From IMG/VR virus record IMGVR_UViG_2974630879_000001, positions 12,336-76,335 of that record: 64,000 nucleotides of DNA. One strand, written 5' to 3'. Each line of letters starts with the position of its first letter. The stretch's first letter is position 1. The translations under genes and the position numbers were made by a program. A model generated the notes under the pieces. That model worked only from the letters and a program-made list of their open reading frames with translations. It was not told where the DNA came from and did not search any database. This stretch comes from a virus (lineage: Duplodnaviria > Caudoviricetes). This document shows positions 22,926-32,700 of this stretch, in pieces.

Positions 22926-23273
22926 ATGGAAAAGAAATATTTTTACGTCTTGTGTGCTCAAGTTGCTTGGCGTACGAGTGAGGAATCTGAAGCACTGAGC
23001 GTGATGCCTGTGAACGTTGTTGCATCGTTCCCATCACCAATCATTCGTAAGTTCAATCTGGCTCAGATGAATGCCCAGGCAATCAACAACCTGAGCCAGA
23101 TGATCGGTGAACGTGTCAATCCGGATCTGGTAGCGAACGTGACCATCATGAGCATCTCTCCCCTCGGATTCATGACTGAAGATGAGTTCCACGCTCAGCC
23201 AAGCCAGACGCAAGTCGAGAAGGAAGTTCGCACTGTGGTCAGCGAAGCTGCTGATAAGAGCGAGCGTGCCTAA
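22926..23273 (+). CDS. hypothetical protein (N4 gp40 position)
   Basis: GGAG RBS; TAATG coupling to the next gene. Confidence 0.75.
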   Translation: MEKKYFYVLCAQVAWRTSEESEALSVMPVNVVASFPSPIIRKFNLAQMNAQAINNLSQMIGERVNPDLVANVTIMSISPLGFMTEDEFHAQPSQTQVEKEVRTVVSEAADKSERA

Positions 23274-23554
23274 TGGCTTATACCCATGCTTCAGAAATTC
23301 TGAAAGCTGGGATCGATATTCTTGGTCAGCGTGCTGCTGACCGAGATGTAGTGGAAGAACGTTCTATGGCCAAGGTCGTGGAATTGTTCAATCTCAAGCA
23401 TGGAACTGATCTGACCGAAGCTCAAGGTTGGAATTTCATGGCAACCTTGAAAGAAGTTCGATCACTCATCGGTGGCAAATTTCGTCCTGATGATTACATC
23501 GATCAAGTCAACTACACAGCTCTCGAAGCTGAGTGTCGATCTAAAGCGCTGTAA
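23273..23554 (+). CDS. DUF6378-like small protein
   Basis: RSMAKVVELFN...MATLKEVR...DDYIDQVNYTAL pattern. Confidence 0.65.
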   Translation: MAYTHASEILKAGIDILGQRAADRDVVEERSMAKVVELFNLKHGTDLTEAQGWNFMATLKEVRSLIGGKFRPDDYIDQVNYTALEAECRSKAL

Positions 23555-23559
23555 GCGAA

Positions 23560-23594
23560 GTCGCAGTCCTTTACCGGGGCTGCGGCTCTTTTTA
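23560..23594 (+). terminator. intrinsic terminator
   Basis: 10-bp GC-rich stem GTCGCAGTCC/GGGCTGCGGC followed by TCTTTTT. Confidence 0.75.
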
Positions 23595-23600
23595 TTTGAC

Positions 23601-24599
23601 ATGGAGCCAACAGTGAACATCACCAACAGAACAGGCATCCCATTGACTCTTGCAGTCTGGGCTGTGCATGACGATTACGATTTCATCTACGATGAAAACT
23701 ACATCAGTGTTACCACACTGATGAAACCAATTCGACAGACTGTACTCGGATTCCGAATCAGTCCTGAGGAAAGACAACAACTCGATGCTGCTGACTTAAT
23801 CAGCTCATCCTGGGGATCTGCCCTTCATGGTTCCGTAGAGAACGCATGGCGTAACTACAGAGTCAATCTGAAGAAGCTTGGCTATCCTCAGTCAGTGATT
23901 GATCGTGTACGTATCAATCCAACAGCAGAAGAAATTGCAGCCGATCCCGACATCATTGCTATCTACATGGAGCAACGTCGTAGTCGTGTTGTGGCTGGTT
24001 GGACTGTCGGTGGCAAGTTTGACTTCGTAGGCGAAGGCCAAGTTCAAGACAACAAGTCAACTACTGCCTATACGTGGTTCTATGGAACCAAGGATGAAGA
24101 CTACAAGCTCCAGCTGAGCATGTATCGATTCCTCAATCTGGACATCATCACCGAAGAGACTGGTCAAGTGAACTTCCTGTTCACTGACTGGAAGAAGGCT
24201 GATGCCCGGTCGAATCCGAAGTACCCACAGAGTCGGTTGGAATCAAAAACGATTCCGCTGCTCTCAGTCAGTGAGACTGAAAGCTGGATAATCAATCGTC
24301 TGGCTCAAATCGACAAGTACCGTGCAACACCTGAAAAGGAATTGCCACGTTGTACTGACGAAGAGTTGTGGCGTTCTGCTCCGCAATACAAGTACTACTC
24401 CGATCCGAATAAAACGGATGGGCGTTCTACCAAGAACTTCGATACGCTGCATGAAGCGAATCAGTTCTGGAAGGTAGACAAAGCTGGCAAGGGTATTGTC
24501 AAAACAATTCCTGGCCAAGTGAAGCGCTGTGAGTATTGTGGGGTCTTCAACCTCTGCTCACAGAAAGACGAATACTTCCCCGAAGGACTACCAACATGA
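23601..24599 (+). CDS. PD-(D/E)XK nuclease (N4 gp42 position)
   Basis: GKFDFV...QDNKST motif, QLSMY, and C-terminal RCEYC...C metal cluster. Confidence 0.8.
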   Translation: MEPTVNITNRTGIPLTLAVWAVHDDYDFIYDENYISVTTLMKPIRQTVLGFRISPEERQQLDAADLISSSWGSALHGSVENAWRNYRVNLKKLGYPQSVIDRVRINPTAEEIAADPDIIAIYMEQRRSRVVAGWTVGGKFDFVGEGQVQDNKSTTAYTWFYGTKDEDYKLQLSMYRFLNLDIITEETGQVNFLFTDWKKADARSNPKYPQSRLESKTIPLLSVSETESWIINRLAQIDKYRATPEKELPRCTDEELWRSAPQYKYYSDPNKTDGRSTKNFDTLHEANQFWKVDKAGKGIVKTIPGQVKRCEYCGVFNLCSQKDEYFPEGLPT

Positions 24600-26752
24600 T
24601 TGACTTGTCTGGAGTACAGCATCACGTCACAGTCGAAGAGATTGTTGACGTCCTGTGCAACAAGACTCAAAACACTGATCGTGGATTTTTCCGTGCAACC
24701 GTCGTGTTTTTCCTTGCGAAGATGGCAAGCTGTCAGCGTGCCACTGTCGTTACGAAGGATCGAGGTGCATTGCCTGTCAACATGTACACCCTTGCTCTTG
24801 CCACCTCTGGTTATGGTAAGGGGCACTCTGTAGGCATCATGGAAAATGAGTTGATGCAGCCGTTCAAAGAACGCTTCACACTCGACACCATGCCAGTGAT
24901 CTCTGAGCAGACTCACTGGGATCTCGCTAACAAGCGTGCACTGCGTAATGGCAGTGATCCCAATGATGAGTTCGAAAAGGTCGGCAGCGACGCTGTGCGT
25001 AGCGGCAAGATCCCTTTCACTTTCGATAGCGGTACCGTCCCAGCTGTGAAGCAGTTGCGTCATGCATTGCTGCTGGCAGGCTGTGGTGCCATCAATCTTC
25101 AGATCGATGAAATCGGATCGAACCTGATTGGCAATGTTGAATTGCTCAACCTGTTCTTGGAGCTATATGACCAAGGCATCGTCAAGGGCAAGCTCACCAA
25201 AAACACTGCTGAGAATACTCGTAGCGAAGAGATTGATGGCAAGACGCCAACCAATCTGCTGCTATTCGGTACGCAAAGCAAGTTGCTTGATGCTGGCCAG
25301 ACTGAGGAACAGTTCTATTCGTTCCTGGAAACTGGCTATGCACGTCGCTGTATCTTTGGTATCGGCTCCCAGGACCGTAAGGCTTTCCATAGCCAGAGTC
25401 CCGAAGAAATCTATCGCCGACTGATTCAGCCCAACAACAACGCAGCAGTCAAGAAGTGGTCTCAACACTTCCATGCACTGGCTGATCCAGCCATGTTCGG
25501 ATGGCAGATGAACGTCGATGATGACGTGTCCATCAAGTTGCTTGAGTACAAGATCGCTTGTGAGAAGGCAGCAGACTTGATGCCTGAACATGAAGAGATC
25601 AAGAAAGCTGAACTGTCCCACCGTTACTTCAAAGCTTTGAAGCTGGCTGGTACTTACGCTTTCATCGAACAATCTACGATGGTCGAGATGGATCATTTGC
25701 TATCAGCAATCTTGCTGGTTGAAGAATCAGGATTGGCTTTCCAATCTATCCTCAACCGCAAGAAGTCCTACATGAAGCTGGCAGAGTACATTGCCAGTGT
25801 TGATGGCGAAGTGACCCACGCAGATCTCAACGAACAACTTCCGTTCTACAAGACGGGTGTTGGCTTCCGTAACGAGATCATCTCGATGGCTACTGCCTGG
25901 GGCTACAAGCAGCACATCATCATCAAGAAGCGTTTTGAAAACAACATCGAATTCTTCAGCGGTGAAACTCTGAAGGAAACAGATCTTGATGAAATCATTC
26001 TGTCGTATAGCGATAGCTTCGCTTACAACTACAGCGCTGAACGTGTGCCGTTTGATCAGCTGCACTTGCTGACTCAGGAGAAAGGATTGCACTGGGCAAA
26101 TCATCACTTCCGTGGGAACCATCGAGCGGAAGAGAATGTGGTACCTGAGTTCAATTGCATCGTTATCGATGTGGACGAAGGCACTTCACTCATCTCAGCT
26201 CACGAGCTGATGAAGGAATATCGCTTCATGACCTACACCACCAAGCGACATCAGGTGGATGGACATGCAGATCGATTCCGTATGGTGATCCCGATCAACT
26301 ATCACCTGAAGCTGGAAGCTGATGACTACAAGGAATTCATGAATAACATCATGAAGTCTTTGCCATTCACTTCTGACGAGGCTGCGAATCAACGTGCTAA
26401 GAAGTGGGAGACCTTCGACGGTGGTGAGTACCACTACAACGATGGTGTCATCTTCGATGCACTGAAGTTCATTCCCAAGACTTCCAAGAACGAGCAGCAT
26501 CAAGCAGAGTTCAAGAAGATTGAGAACCTCGACAACCTTCAGCGTTGGTTCGCTGCACGGATCAATGAGACGGGCAACCGTAACAACAATCTGCTGCGCT
26601 ATGCCATGACTCTGGTGGATAATGGATTGCCTCTGATCGATGTGCAAAACTTGGTTCTGTCTTTCAATCAGATGCTCGAAGCACCATTGGATGATCCGGA
26701 AATCCGTTCCACGATTCTGGTATCAGTCGGTAAGAAGTACCAACGGAGCTAA
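24596..26752 (+). CDS. DNA primase (N4 gp43 type)
   Basis: ATSGYGKG P-loop-like segment, IVIDVD, YTTKRH, FRMVIP and C-terminal PriCT-like GNRNNNLLRYA. Confidence 0.85.
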   Translation: MIDLSGVQHHVTVEEIVDVLCNKTQNTDRGFFRATVVFFLAKMASCQRATVVTKDRGALPVNMYTLALATSGYGKGHSVGIMENELMQPFKERFTLDTMPVISEQTHWDLANKRALRNGSDPNDEFEKVGSDAVRSGKIPFTFDSGTVPAVKQLRHALLLAGCGAINLQIDEIGSNLIGNVELLNLFLELYDQGIVKGKLTKNTAENTRSEEIDGKTPTNLLLFGTQSKLLDAGQTEEQFYSFLETGYARRCIFGIGSQDRKAFHSQSPEEIYRRLIQPNNNAAVKKWSQHFHALADPAMFGWQMNVDDDVSIKLLEYKIACEKAADLMPEHEEIKKAELSHRYFKALKLAGTYAFIEQSTMVEMDHLLSAILLVEESGLAFQSILNRKKSYMKLAEYIASVDGEVTHADLNEQLPFYKTGVGFRNEIISMATAWGYKQHIIIKKRFENNIEFFSGETLKETDLDEIILSYSDSFAYNYSAERVPFDQLHLLTQEKGLHWANHHFRGNHRAEENVVPEFNCIVIDVDEGTSLISAHELMKEYRFMTYTTKRHQVDGHADRFRMVIPINYHLKLEADDYKEFMNNIMKSLPFTSDEAANQRAKKWETFDGGEYHYNDGVIFDALKFIPKTSKNEQHQAEFKKIENLDNLQRWFAARINETGNRNNNLLRYAMTLVDNGLPLIDVQNLVLSFNQMLEAPLDDPEIRSTILVSVGKKYQRS

Positions 26753-26754
26753 CT

Positions 26755-27066
26755 ATGAAATTGACTAAAGGAGAAATGAATTTAATTCAAATGCTCCGAG
26801 ATCAAACGAATGCATTACTTGATCATCGACGTATCGTGATTATGGATATGCAGTCCAGTAGTTCGTTCAATAGGGTTCCAGGTATTGGAGAAGTTGTTGT
26901 TGAATTTGATGATCTTACTGATTTCGAAAAAAATCAGTTTGCTTCCTCTACAGAAGAAGCAATGAATTTTATGGATCATCTTGCGAGTCTGTTTCTTAAA
27001 AAGGAACAAGACAGCAAAAACATCAATGAACACTCCGAGTACAAACTGTACCTATTCGGTAAATAA
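26755..27066 (+). CDS. hypothetical AT-rich gene, 103 aa
   Basis: 2 nt after the primase stop; visibly AT-richer than its flanks. Confidence 0.65.
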   Translation: MKLTKGEMNLIQMLRDQTNALLDHRRIVIMDMQSSSSFNRVPGIGEVVVEFDDLTDFEKNQFASSTEEAMNFMDHLASLFLKKEQDSKNINEHSEYKLYLFGK

Positions 27067-27137
27067 TTTAGTAGTGGATGACAGTTCTTTTGCTGGTTCC
27101 AGGACTGTCATCCAACTCTGAACCAAGGAGCAGAGTA

Positions 27138-27887
27138 GTGAGTGAAGAAGATCAAATCGAGGAAGTGATCAATGATCAGCTTGTACTGATCAGTGGTCAA
27201 TCCGCTACCGGTAAGTCCGCATCACTGCGGAATATCCGGAACCAAGAACGCTGGCTGTATCTCGGCACCGAAGCAGGTAAGCGTCTCCCATTCCGTAACA
27301 AGTTCTGGGCCGAACGGATCACTGATCCGATGGACGTGCTGAACTACATGGAACAGTGCATCGAGAATCGTGATCAGGTTGAAGGTATCATCCTGGATTC
27401 ACTGACATTCCTGATGGACATGTACGAAACCCAGTACGTCATCAATGCAGCCAATACAATGGCAGCATGGGGTGCCTATCAGCAATTCTTCAAGCAGCTG
27501 ATGAATGCTGTTGCTCGGTTTGGTAAGCCAGTAATCATCATCGCTCACACGCTCGACGTGTACGATGAAAGCGCAATGGCAACCAAGACCAGTGTACCTA
27601 TCAAGGGTGCTCTCAAGAACAATGGTATCGAGGCTTACTTCTCAACCGTGGTCAGCACCAAGAAGGTGACTGTCAAGGAAATCGAGAAGCTCAAGAGTAG
27701 CCTGCTGGAAATCACGGAAGAGGAACGCGAACTTGGATTCAAGTACGTGTTCCAGACTCGCATCACCGCGAAGACCACAGGCGAACGGATTCGTTCTCCG
27801 ATGGGGATGTTCGACAAGTCTCAGACCTACATCGACAACGATGCTCAGGCTTTGCTCGACTATCTCCACAAGTTCTACAACAGCTAA
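27138..27887 (+). CDS. AAA-family ATPase (Sak4-like; N4 gp44 position)
   Basis: Walker A GQSATGKS, IILDSLT, IIIAH; GTG start after AAGGAG. Confidence 0.82.
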   Translation: MSEEDQIEEVINDQLVLISGQSATGKSASLRNIRNQERWLYLGTEAGKRLPFRNKFWAERITDPMDVLNYMEQCIENRDQVEGIILDSLTFLMDMYETQYVINAANTMAAWGAYQQFFKQLMNAVARFGKPVIIIAHTLDVYDESAMATKTSVPIKGALKNNGIEAYFSTVVSTKKVTVKEIEKLKSSLLEITEEERELGFKYVFQTRITAKTTGERIRSPMGMFDKSQTYIDNDAQALLDYLHKFYNS

Positions 27888-27943
27888 GTCAGCGTTGTAG
27901 TTAGTTAGCAACACACATCACATCAACAAAGCAAGGAAAAATC

Positions 27944-28672
27944 ATGTTTCAGAATTTGAACAATGAAGGTTTGGAGCAGCAGGAAGATCGCCTGGGTGGT
28001 AGTGGCCCGCTGGATACCAACATCTACACCGGCACGATCAAGCAGTTCTATGGCATCAAGTCTGATGCTGGTGCCATGGGTGTCGTTTTCATCCTGGACG
28101 TTGATGGTCGTGAGTACCGCGAAAACATCTACGTCACCAACCGTAAGGGTGAAAACTTCTACACCAAGGACGGCAAGAAGTATCAGCTGCCCGGCTTCAT
28201 CACTGCGAACGACATCGCTCTCTGCGCCAACGGTCAGCAGCTCAATGAGCTGGAGTGGGAAGAGAAGCAGGTCAAGCAGTGGTCTGATGGTAAGGAAGTG
28301 CTGAAGTCTGCACAGGTTGCTGTTGATCTGCTGGGCAAGACGGTCACTGTCGCTATCGTCAACACCCTGAAGAACAAGCAGGAAAAGAACAACAAGGGCG
28401 ACTACGTTGACGTTGCCGGCGAGCGTGCCGAGAACAACATCGAAAAGGTGTTCGACTCCGAGTCGAAGCGTACCGTTCGTGAAGCAATCGACGGCAAGGA
28501 AGAAGCCGTATTCCACGATGAGTGGAAGAAGAAGAACGAAGGCGTACAGCGTGACAAGCGCAGCATCAAGGATGGTGGCGCAGCAGGTTCTGCTGGTGCA
28601 CCTCCGAAGGCTGGTGCTGCAACTTCTGCTCCGTCTTCGACCGGTGGCAAGTCACTGTTCAATAAGAAGTGA
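27944..28672 (+). CDS. single-stranded DNA-binding protein (N4 gp45 type)
   Basis: Begins MFQNLNNEGLEQQEDRLGG, contains LPGFITANDI, ends in a Gly/Ala tail and SLF motif; syntenic position. Confidence 0.82.
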   Translation: MFQNLNNEGLEQQEDRLGGSGPLDTNIYTGTIKQFYGIKSDAGAMGVVFILDVDGREYRENIYVTNRKGENFYTKDGKKYQLPGFITANDIALCANGQQLNELEWEEKQVKQWSDGKEVLKSAQVAVDLLGKTVTVAIVNTLKNKQEKNNKGDYVDVAGERAENNIEKVFDSESKRTVREAIDGKEEAVFHDEWKKKNEGVQRDKRSIKDGGAAGSAGAPPKAGAATSAPSSTGGKSLFNKK

Positions 28673-29223
28673 TGAAGATCCCAGTGCTAGGCATGGACCC
28701 CAGTTTACGTAACTGGGGATTGGCAGCAGCCGAATTGTGTCTGGACACTGGGAATCTTTCTACACCTGTCATCAGCTTGATTGCTACAAAACCTGATGAC
28801 AAGAAGCGAGTCCGCCAGAACTCTAAGGACTTGCAGACCGCTGAAGATCTCGCAGCAGGTATCTTGCCTGCTGCAAGGTTAGCTAAAGCGATCTTCGTAG
28901 AAGTTCCAGTGGGATCGCAATCCGCCAGAGCAATGGCTTCGTATGGAACGTGTGTAGGCATTCTTGGTTCCTTACGAGCACTTGGCATCGAGATCATCGA
29001 AGTGACGCCGACCGAAGTGAAGACCCACTTCACCGGTAACAAGAACGCTACCAAAGACGATATGATTCGCACGGCCATGGAGTACTACCCCGAAGCAGCA
29101 TGGCCGCTCCTGAAAGGCAAAGTGGTAGCGAAGGCTGAGCATATGGCTGATGCCATTGCAACAATTCACGCAGGCGTACACACACCTGTGTTTCAACAAT
29201 TGATGCGACTTCTCGCATCCTAA
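28669..29223 (+). CDS. RuvC-like Holliday junction resolvase
   Basis: LGMDPSLRNWG, IFVEVP and EHMADAIA acidic catalytic motifs. Confidence 0.82.
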   Translation: MMKIPVLGMDPSLRNWGLAAAELCLDTGNLSTPVISLIATKPDDKKRVRQNSKDLQTAEDLAAGILPAARLAKAIFVEVPVGSQSARAMASYGTCVGILGSLRALGIEIIEVTPTEVKTHFTGNKNATKDDMIRTAMEYYPEAAWPLLKGKVVAKAEHMADAIATIHAGVHTPVFQQLMRLLAS

Positions 29224-29238
29224 TCTCAAGGAAACAAA

Positions 29239-29718
29239 ATGGCACTGGAAATTACCATCGATCAGAATGAGATCGAAACCGCGATTCGCAACCACATCGG
29301 TACGCTGATCACTGTGGCTGAAGGTCAGAACATCGGTATCACCCTGAAGGCTGGCCGTGGCGAAAATGGCTATTCGGCCACCATCGAGATCGGCGGCCAG
29401 AATGCTTCGCAAGTCGAAGGTCTGCCGAAGCAGCCTGCTGCTCCATCTGTCTCGGGTCCGTTCAAGCGTGGAGCCAAGCCGGCTCAGGCTGACACCAGCG
29501 CTCCTGTCGGCGAGACTCCGATCTCGGAGCTGGACCAGACCCAGAAGGAAACCGCTCTGGCTGATACTCAAGCTCCCAGCAGCACTGGTGGCGAAGTGGA
29601 AGCCCAGAGTCCGCAGGACACTGCCGAAGCCGAAGCTCCTGCTGAGCAGACCAAGCCGAAGGGCGGCCTGTTCCAGCATCTGCCGAAGCGCACTGGTACG
29701 GACGCTGAAGCCAAGTAA
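29239..29718 (+). CDS. hypothetical protein with low-complexity C-terminus
   Basis: AAGGA RBS; last gene of the + strand block. Confidence 0.75.
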   Translation: MALEITIDQNEIETAIRNHIGTLITVAEGQNIGITLKAGRGENGYSATIEIGGQNASQVEGLPKQPAAPSVSGPFKRGAKPAQADTSAPVGETPISELDQTQKETALADTQAPSSTGGEVEAQSPQDTAEAEAPAEQTKPKGGLFQHLPKRTGTDAEAK

Positions 29719-29737
29719 GCGGCCTCAAGCGTAAAGT

Positions 29738-29769
29738 AGAAAGCCCCTCGTTGAGGGGCTTTCTTTTTG
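29738..29769. terminator. bidirectional intrinsic terminator between convergent blocks
   Basis: AAAGCCCCTC-GTT-GAGGGGCTTT with A-rich left flank and T-rich right flank. Confidence 0.85.
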
Positions 29770-29770
29770 G

Positions 29771-32700
29771 TCAGTTGACCAGATTGATCCAAGGATTCAA
29801 GAGTGGTGCCCGGAAGGCTTGGCCTACCCCGACAGAGTAGTCCAGGGAGCCGTCTGCGAGCTTCGCAAAGAGGTTGTCCTCGATAGGCAACCCAACACTA
29901 CCGAACATCGTCGGAGCCGGTGCAGCGACAGCCAGGAGCGAATGCAGGGGGTTATTCCTGATCATGCTCAGACCCACCTTGGCCGAACGAATCTTGAAGT
30001 TCCAGAACCAGAGAAGCCCAATGGATTCCAGGTAGCCACGGAACCGACCCGGCAGACGGTCGTAGTTAACGAACTCTTCCGTAATACGGCTCAGGGCGTA
30101 CTCAGGCGACTTCTTCTGACGACGGGTGATGTCGTCATACAAGATCGCCTTAGCCACGAAGTCACCGTACTGGATGGCTTTCTGCAAGCCCTGGTACAGA
30201 GCCGTGTCCTTGGTGATCAAGGCATAGCGACCAGCGGTGCGAACACTCTCAGGCAGACGATCAACCATCTTCTCGATGTAGGCATTGAGCTTGCCCGAAG
30301 TCAGTTCGATATCGTCAGTGGTCATACCCACATCAGAGATCGCAGTGAACTCGCCTGCTTCGATCAATGGCCAGATCGACAAACGACGGTGAGCATCTCG
30401 AATTGAACGCAACTCAGCATTCAACTTACGAGTACCCACGATATCGTTGTTGGCTTCAGCCACACGCAACTCACCTTCAGCTTCATCCATACGAACACGA
30501 GACTTGACGTAGCTGTCAATCTCAGCTGCCTTCTGAGGATAGCCACGAGCAACACTCAGCAATGGCACACCACGACCAACCAACTGATACACGTTAGCAA
30601 TCGAGTTAGAGATCGGAACAACAACCGACTTCACCACGATGATCGTACGAGCATCCTGCACAAAGTTCTGAAGGACACGTTCTGCATTGGTCACATAGCT
30701 ATAGGCTTTGTTACCGAACAGACCAAGTGCAACTTTCTTTGCAGTCTCAGTCGCTTCACGAGACCAGCGAGTATTGCCAGTGAACACGTCACCAGTCGAT
30801 GCCGAACGATAGCCAATAGCATCGTTGAGCATGTCCTTACGAACGTAGAACTCCTCACCAAATTTCGACTTGATGTACTTACGAGTCTCAGCACTGAACA
30901 GGCTTGCTGCATCAGCAATTACCTTGTCAGTCTTCTTGTCGAACAGATCCACATACATCTCTTGTGCAGTGCTCGACGCCTTAGTGTCGGACTCGTACAT
31001 GTCATGCAATGCATCAACCAGACGCTCATTGAAGAACTGAGCCTTCGCCTCTTCAACCTGGCGACCACGCCAGACACCAATCATCTTGGCAAAGTGATCG
31101 TCTTTGTTGAGACGCTGCATCTGCTGTGGATCGACAGCACGCTCGTACGCCACAGCGTTACCCTTCTCATCCCAGATTGGCATGAGAGGCTCAGCCTGAT
31201 TGGCAGTATTGGTTCGGCTGTAGGCAGCAGCTGCACGACTGATCAGTGCAACCTCTGCACGCTCAGTGATACGACCAGCAACCATCGTGTCGTGAGTGAA
31301 GCCGGTCACAGCATCCACACCGTTAGAGGTGTGACGAACATTCTGGAAGATGCCCTGATTGTAAGCAGCACGCCCAGATACAGGTGCATAGTAGTAGCCC
31401 TTCTTGGTTCGGCTACGCTCAAGGTAATCACCCTTGTAGTCAGCAACACGAACGTAGCTACGCTCAGCCAACTTGGAAAATTCCTTGTCCTCAGCAACCA
31501 ATAGACTAACACCCGGCTGATCAAGCGTAGGGATATAGCCCTTGAATTGGTTGTACTGAGCACGGTTTGTCTGTGCCTTCGTGTACTCATCCTTACGCTG
31601 GCCACGCAGATAAGACACAGCAAACTCCATACCCTCAGCTTCGTTGGTGATCAGGTTAGCCAGATCACTGCGAACCATGGGGGTAAGTGATTCCACTGCA
31701 TACAGAGAAGTCAGCTGATCGATTGCGTCAATGACATCTTGACCAGGAGCCTTCCAGCTACCGCGACGACTCTCATTGAACAGACGTGAGATAGCCAATG
31801 CATTGCGAAGCAGGTTGTTACCGGCTTCACCAGTCATCATGTAGTTGGCCAGTTGCTGCATCTTCTTCTGATACGTATCGAAGTTGATCGGCGAATGATT
31901 ACGCACAGTGTCTTCCAACGCAGTGATACGTTGTGCACGGTAATTGTCATCAGCCACTGCTTGCAGTGCATCTGAATCCAATGCAGCCAAGTCCGTCTTA
32001 CCGAGCCCACGATGCAACATGGACCACTGATCCTTAGTCAGCTCACGCTTGAACTTGCCGGCAATGATGCCCGGCAGATGTTCGCGGAACTGCTGACGAT
32101 CTTGTTGAACCATGGCACGAACAGTCTTGATCATGTCGTAGATGGTCGAGTTATTGTCAGTACGACCAACCAGATCATTGAACAGATCTTGCAGTGGCTT
32201 CCAGAGATTTGAACGATTCGACATCTCCATAAAGCCCATAGCCACTTGAGCACCATTCTTCTCAGTCGCCATCTTGGCCATGATCTGTGCTGCATTCGCC
32301 AGCATACGACCAGCCTTGGTGGTAGCTCGCTGTTCAGCCTCAGTGGCCTTGACGATTGCAGCTTCGCTCAACTTCTCAACACCATCGACAATGTACTGAT
32401 TGGCACGATCAAACACGCCACCAGTCTTGGAAGCGTATTGATCCATGGCACTTTGAGTGTCCTGCATTGTGTCGTACATGTGGCTCATCAGAGCATCCAT
32501 GGCAGAACCAATGTCACGAGACTTACTGGTACCAGACAGATATCCGCTCAGCTTATCCATCGCAGTCTGCCCAGCATTTTCCAACATGCCATCCAGAGTA
32601 CGACCATCAGCACGGTCAGCCTTTGGCAATGCCATACGGCTCAGTGCACGACGCAAAGTGTCATTGGTCATCGACAATGCAACGAACACAGGCAGCAATG

